From: Candidatus Nanoarchaeia archaeon
GTDB taxonomy: Archaea > Nanobdellota > Nanobdellia > Woesearchaeales > GW2011-AR4
Direction: 5' to 3'
Length of the DNA: 61,586 bases
Assembly (NCBI GenBank): GCA_035293285.1
Contig: DATDOM010000084.1
Span: 1-61,586, forward strand
Position 1 is the stretch's first letter, and every line of letters begins with the position of its first letter. This document shows, one piece after another, positions 59,801-61,586 of this stretch. The position numbers were made by a program, and so were the translations under genes. The notes beneath the pieces were generated by a model that was not told where the DNA came from, made no database searches, and saw nothing but the letters and a program-made list of their open reading frames with translations.

Positions 59801-61586
59801 GAAGCGCGCCTGGGAGCATCGGGTGCAGCGGAGTTGCCCCTTCGGCAACAATTGAAGTTGAGCAGGAGGTTTCAGTCTATAATTTTTCTTCAGGAAATTG
59901 GGTGCTTATCGGAAACCTTCAGAATGACGCGGACGGCACTGGAGGAAACCTTGTGAACGACAGGTTTAACATAAATGGAAATCTGAGGGACATGGTCAAC
60001 TCAAGCAATCAGATGAGGCTTGGAGTAAGGTCCAGGATGACTTCAGTAGTCATAGGAAACTCCTTCCTTGTGCTTGATTATGTGAACCTCACAGTAGTGA
60101 CTTCAATAAATGAAAACGACATAGCTGATGATACGACAGAGATGTTCAGCAACAATCTTGACAACGGCGACTATAACTGGAGAGTTGAGTGCAGTGATTA
60201 TGCATCAAATCTTAATTCATCTGAAACCCGCATTCTCAGAGTTGACAGGACTGTTCCTTCAATTTTCAATGAATCAATAAACTCTACAAGCATCGGCATA
60301 AACAGGCAAATCTGCCTCAATGTCACAGTACACGACACCATCTCAGGCCCGAAATACGTTTACGCAGAAATTGACAGGCCCCTCTCAGGCCTTACAAACA
60401 AGTCCATGACAAATGACACTCAGGACCCAAATAGCTGCGGCGGACAAGGAGGCAATGTATGGAGCTTTGCTTATACTGCCCTTGAGGACGGAATGGCAAA
60501 CTGGACTTCAACTTATGCCGAGGATTATGCAGGCAACATCAATTCAACACACACTTTCGGCCTGAACTGGAGCCAGACAGCTTCAGTGTTTGTGAATTTA
60601 ACAATAATGCAGCCGCTTTTTGACATAACCATAAATGAATCAGACCTTGACGTGAATTATTCCTTCATGATGGGCTGCAACCTGACCTGCAGGCCCGACA
60701 GCGCTGTGTTATGCAACGGCACTTACATAAAAGCACAATATTTCAACAATTCCTGGAATGACATAACAAACTTTTCGTCGCAGCTTTTTACTGATAAATT
60801 AAACAAGACCTGCGGCAATCTTGCAATAGGGCAGTCCTGCAATGCCACTTTCAACATAACTTCCTCGACATCGTCAGGCAATAATATTTTCCCATTAAGA
60901 TGCTACGGAAAAGGCTTTAACACTCCGCAGGACTTTTCGGAAATAGTTCCAAATGTCACAATAAATGACCACCCGACAGCATTGTTCACATCCCCTGCTG
61001 ATTCACAGGTCATCAGCGGATTTTTAATAATCAATGCCTCCGGCTCATTTGATGACTTTGTCGTATCAAGATACCAGATTGAACTCGATGACAATCCCCT
61101 CTTTGGCTCGCCATCAGCGCTGTGCGACACAAATCTTGCAAACTGCACTTTTAACACATTTGCGCAGACGCAGTGCGCTGAGGAAAATTCTGAATGCTAC
61201 CTAAGGCTGAATGTTACTGACAATAACAGCCTGAAAAACTCAACTTTCATCCGGACAGAAATAGACAACATTGCCCCAATAATCAGGCTTGAAACTCCCC
61301 TGAATAATACATATTCTTCTATTGCAGGCATTGACTTTATTTACACCCCTATTGACGGGAATATTTTGTCCTGCAGCCTGTACAACAACGAATCAGGAAC
61401 ATTCCAGATTATGGAAACCAATGACACAGTATTAAACAACTCACAGGACGTGTTTTTTGAAACTTTACCGGAGAAAAACATAATCTGGAACATAGGGTGC
61501 AACGACACCGCGGCAAACTTTGCTTTTAACTCGACAAACTTTACACTGACAATAGACCTGTCAAATCCCAAGATTGATTTTACTTT
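53851..61586 (+). CDS. giant cell-surface protein (more than 2578 codons, 3' end outside the window), signal-anchored, sequon-rich, multi Ig-like/beta-repeat adhesin candidate
   Basis: I translated the frame from the ATG at 53851 by eye and found it open to the last base. It is missing from the track, presumably because it has no stop in the window. An N-terminal TM lies at about codons 46-66 (YYIAIAILIVAFLAITPYLA). N-x-S/T sequons are extremely dense, and there are several internal repeat families. Confidence 0.85.
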   Translation, partial: MKKIIKNAREKIKYKLLDYRLNSALRKAKNERNFPIVSLRNFVSSNYYIAIAILIVAFLAITPYLARISSLPSGPIAISLDYNSGTNFDENDDGIEQTTGVVDFSLKSSLIDPELENTKLSAKWEVYSLDDGTLTTLCHGSDDGCSFIGLKSSSENWNDAFYLYYGKDGATENNIVSAMIFYFNSSESTASTPTIYYSGWLNRSATFLPEKITSIWGIEHTLNCDGCEGNKVPEQTNVEIKIRVNGNITNETFEYYYPPNLEYGENNPLQWAEFNSSHNIILWNLENVENSVERIFEFKSPFYNNGSNESNNYNFQYSIKNLSGTYDFIVVPLNNTEINLSMNITLNISTNLTLMNISNITENAAPVCNLPFVSILKNTESQINLDEYCTDAEGDKIEYSSGLAENISVNLFNSTLALTPDINFTGIRYLIITANDSINHSSYNLTLGVLDEILQKPVCTLIPNITIEKNSNFTMNLGDFCSDASNSTLYFSSYETENIEVGISGSDAIIIPIINFTGTEFMFFTVNNSKSVTVTNVFRIDVTEMSESETVIQLDAEINRPVKWQKKVKYGAEKQTAEINVPKDAFNIKVMNSKDDSVLDIEASKITVDDNGISKGLDEYETDKQIDLLNKKLKRTSDKFKKSEIQSRLSEFEDKKSSIGRARNKPFFSSIIGIFANQEEQADENKIIINESAKELLVEFETEGPEKEESFDGKTRTVKIYSDLHYENVLAYTDIPDAQAYTINIQWINNGTNVPFTNYTLLDMNSNGLPDRIEWRVPHLSNQTFEIGLQILNVQSYPIVGGNWTVSFNTLGTSNLTISAQSPTSYSEKAIDKTATFNDLDVLEIKCNSTILFNYGLGIISANVYLVNGTGQRLKINDTMGKSANIKSVFVQDYNCDNQTGYLTVRVLSQGVHIQRFDFGNLTAYANNYALSGPVFLDDTDIDFSNSALFRTNISGSGAGANVTLNYTIENTFQVYNMSGNFTSRIFNTGQNHTVFDKIAWEPLLPNSSEVVGYTSHTTAGDIAVFYRNGSFAVNLTTAALTANIGFREGGLRRYTIPAGFDYNDIIGFASRDQTTDEFVFYINGSTSADTTQADYTSDIAYANGQNTWTIPAGFNATEIIDFEINSDGTDSAVFFKNGTFIVAAAETPPLAFATVRLYTVPAGFNTRDIIGFSYHEGANDVVAFFRNGTIISDTAQLNFGSDIAFATVLNSIYPTDLNLTETTNITLQTRISNDSTTFTNWSSVYIDPSGAQTLDAQYGKFIQYRAAFYSPWEYITPFLQNVSINYTLDLLLTSINASINNTSPRIGMNINITANLSDVSGVFLCQFIDNQSLNGAKRSFNFTLSQNDGKCSQNFTISRSRGNVINFSAVGYDIYNNTNQTDFIITVANTDVGTPTILYPINQSFVSQQPLPFNVTFPGDADGDPIDITFYINGIINQTTQINTTFNASDGTYILNVSISDGFSVSQNVSINFTLDTTLPSINGSLNKSPDSIRTGNSINATFNATDNTGLDTGQILVNDTGIVRIFNFSLNGVKNAQFSQNITISCTRGCVVNITGIVNDSVNGMRQNSTVFTVGNTAPAAPTILFPTQDLYTSRQPLPINVTFPADADNDPITIRYYINGIPNGTSLVNTTFNASDGYYILNVSLFDGFDSGPNATVNFTLDTTPPSVMLVYPENATYNTSGFLQMSYTATDQLISQCQLYTNFSGVWKLNQTNLTLASGVLSFFNRTQNTEGRFAWDVFCNDTLGNSRFNSSNFTVIVDVTFPKIEFANPTPQNNSNLSSPTQIFNVTYFENNPGTLIFSLNGSLPNESMNYYNGPLNFTNLTKTGLYGTYDFYFWANDSVGRNNQTEIRTINIDTGFPRVSLEAPLNNTWNNSEPQLFTYIPTDYFTGVKNCSIVFDTGAVISTNITSGNLTGTYADFGGNYTNITGKNDNSFWFFGQVNTDGLPFVIDASANITFNASGINPSIVKSLDFDISYCHSGSAPGSIGCSGVAPSATIEVEQEVSVYNFSSGNWVLIGNLQNDADGTGGNLVNDRFNINGNLRDMVNSSNQMRLGVRSRMTSVVIGNSFLVLDYVNLTVVTSINENDIADDTTEMFSNNLDNGDYNWRVECSDYASNLNSSETRILRVDRTVPSIFNESINSTSIGINRQICLNVTVHDTISGPKYVYAEIDRPLSGLTNKSMTNDTQDPNSCGGQGGNVWSFAYTALEDGMANWTSTYAEDYAGNINSTHTFGLNWSQTASVFVNLTIMQPLFDITINESDLDVNYSFMMGCNLTCRPDSAVLCNGTYIKAQYFNNSWNDITNFSSQLFTDKLNKTCGNLAIGQSCNATFNITSSTSSGNNIFPLRCYGKGFNTPQDFSEIVPNVTINDHPTALFTSPADSQVISGFLIINASGSFDDFVVSRYQIELDDNPLFGSPSALCDTNLANCTFNTFAQTQCAEENSECYLRLNVTDNNSLKNSTFIRTEIDNIAPIIRLETPLNNTYSSIAGIDFIYTPIDGNILSCSLYNNESGTFQIMETNDTVLNNSQDVFFETLPEKNIIWNIGCNDTAANFAFNSTNFTLTIDLSNPKIDFT
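54946..55491 (+). repeat. two tandem ~91-aa domains inside the giant ORF
   Basis: PVCNLPFVSILKNTESQINLDEYCTDAEGDKIEYS...ITANDSINHSSYNLTLGV compares with PVCTLIPNITIEKNSNFTMNLGDFCSDASNSTLYFS...FTVNNSKSVTVTNVFRIDV. The period is 273 nt. Confidence 0.6.
56881..57471 (+). repeat. four ~51-56-aa repeats inside the giant ORF
   Basis: The unit (I/V)(I/V)GF..(6-9 aa)..(V/F)(F/A)F(Y/K/R)NG(S/T)....(20 aa)..(T/Y)(I/V)PAGF(D/N)... recurs. Examples are IAVFYRNGS, FVFYINGS, AVFFKNGT and VAFFRNGT, each followed by IPAGF or VPAGF. Confidence 0.65.
58036..58299 (+). repeat. 88-aa module copy 1 inside the giant ORF
   Basis: PTILYPINQSFVSQQPLPFNVTFPGDADGDPIDITFYINGIINQTTQINTTFNASDGTYILNVSISDGFSVSQNVSINFTLDTTLPSI. 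Confidence 0.7.
58600..58863 (+). repeat. 88-aa module copy 2 inside the giant ORF
   Basis: PTILFPTQDLYTSRQPLPINVTFPADADNDPITIRYYINGIPNGTSLVNTTFNASDGYYILNVSLFDGFDSGPNATVNFTLDTTPPSV. It lies exactly 188 codons after copy 1. Confidence 0.7.

Overview
AT-rich archaeal chromosomal segment. The gene content includes r-proteins L44e and S27e, aIF2-alpha, Nop10, a PAC2-type protein, family-B DNA polymerase, a GINS-like protein, SRP54, FtsY, prefoldin alpha, archaeal-type TrpRS, TrmB and AbrB-PhoU regulators, and an S-layer-like protein. Together with tight gene packing and TTTAWATA boxes about 25 nt upstream of start codons, this suggests a small-genome, probably DPANN-type archaeon; the taxon is inference only. 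There are about 60 protein genes on both strands and one tRNA gene. I saw no rRNA, CRISPR array, transposase or integrase. Five things are not visible in the ORF track. (1) A giant ORF of more than 2578 codons runs from 53851 to the window end with no stop, so it was never listed; all listed minus-strand ORFs after 54093 are antisense artefacts. (2) A 57-codon Nop10 gene sits between aIF2-alpha and the PAC2 gene. (3) A tRNA-Tyr(GUA) gene is interrupted twice, by a canonical 57-nt intron and by a ~104-nt insertion in the T-arm. (4) Four families (A-D) of structured 70-110 nt intergenic repeats occur in mosaic combinations and show compensatory base changes in their stems. This is my best candidate for something undescribed. 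(5) A pair of tiny ORFs follows the strongest Shine-Dalgarno site in the window and has its own promoter and terminator. The right third (47.5-61.6 kb) reads as an accessory cell-surface island: a membrane-tethered ArsR-like regulator, a secreted beta-propeller protein, a Cys-rich secreted protein, a tandem-HTH protein and a giant glycoprotein-like adhesin. All functional calls come from motif recognition by eye; no database search was run.
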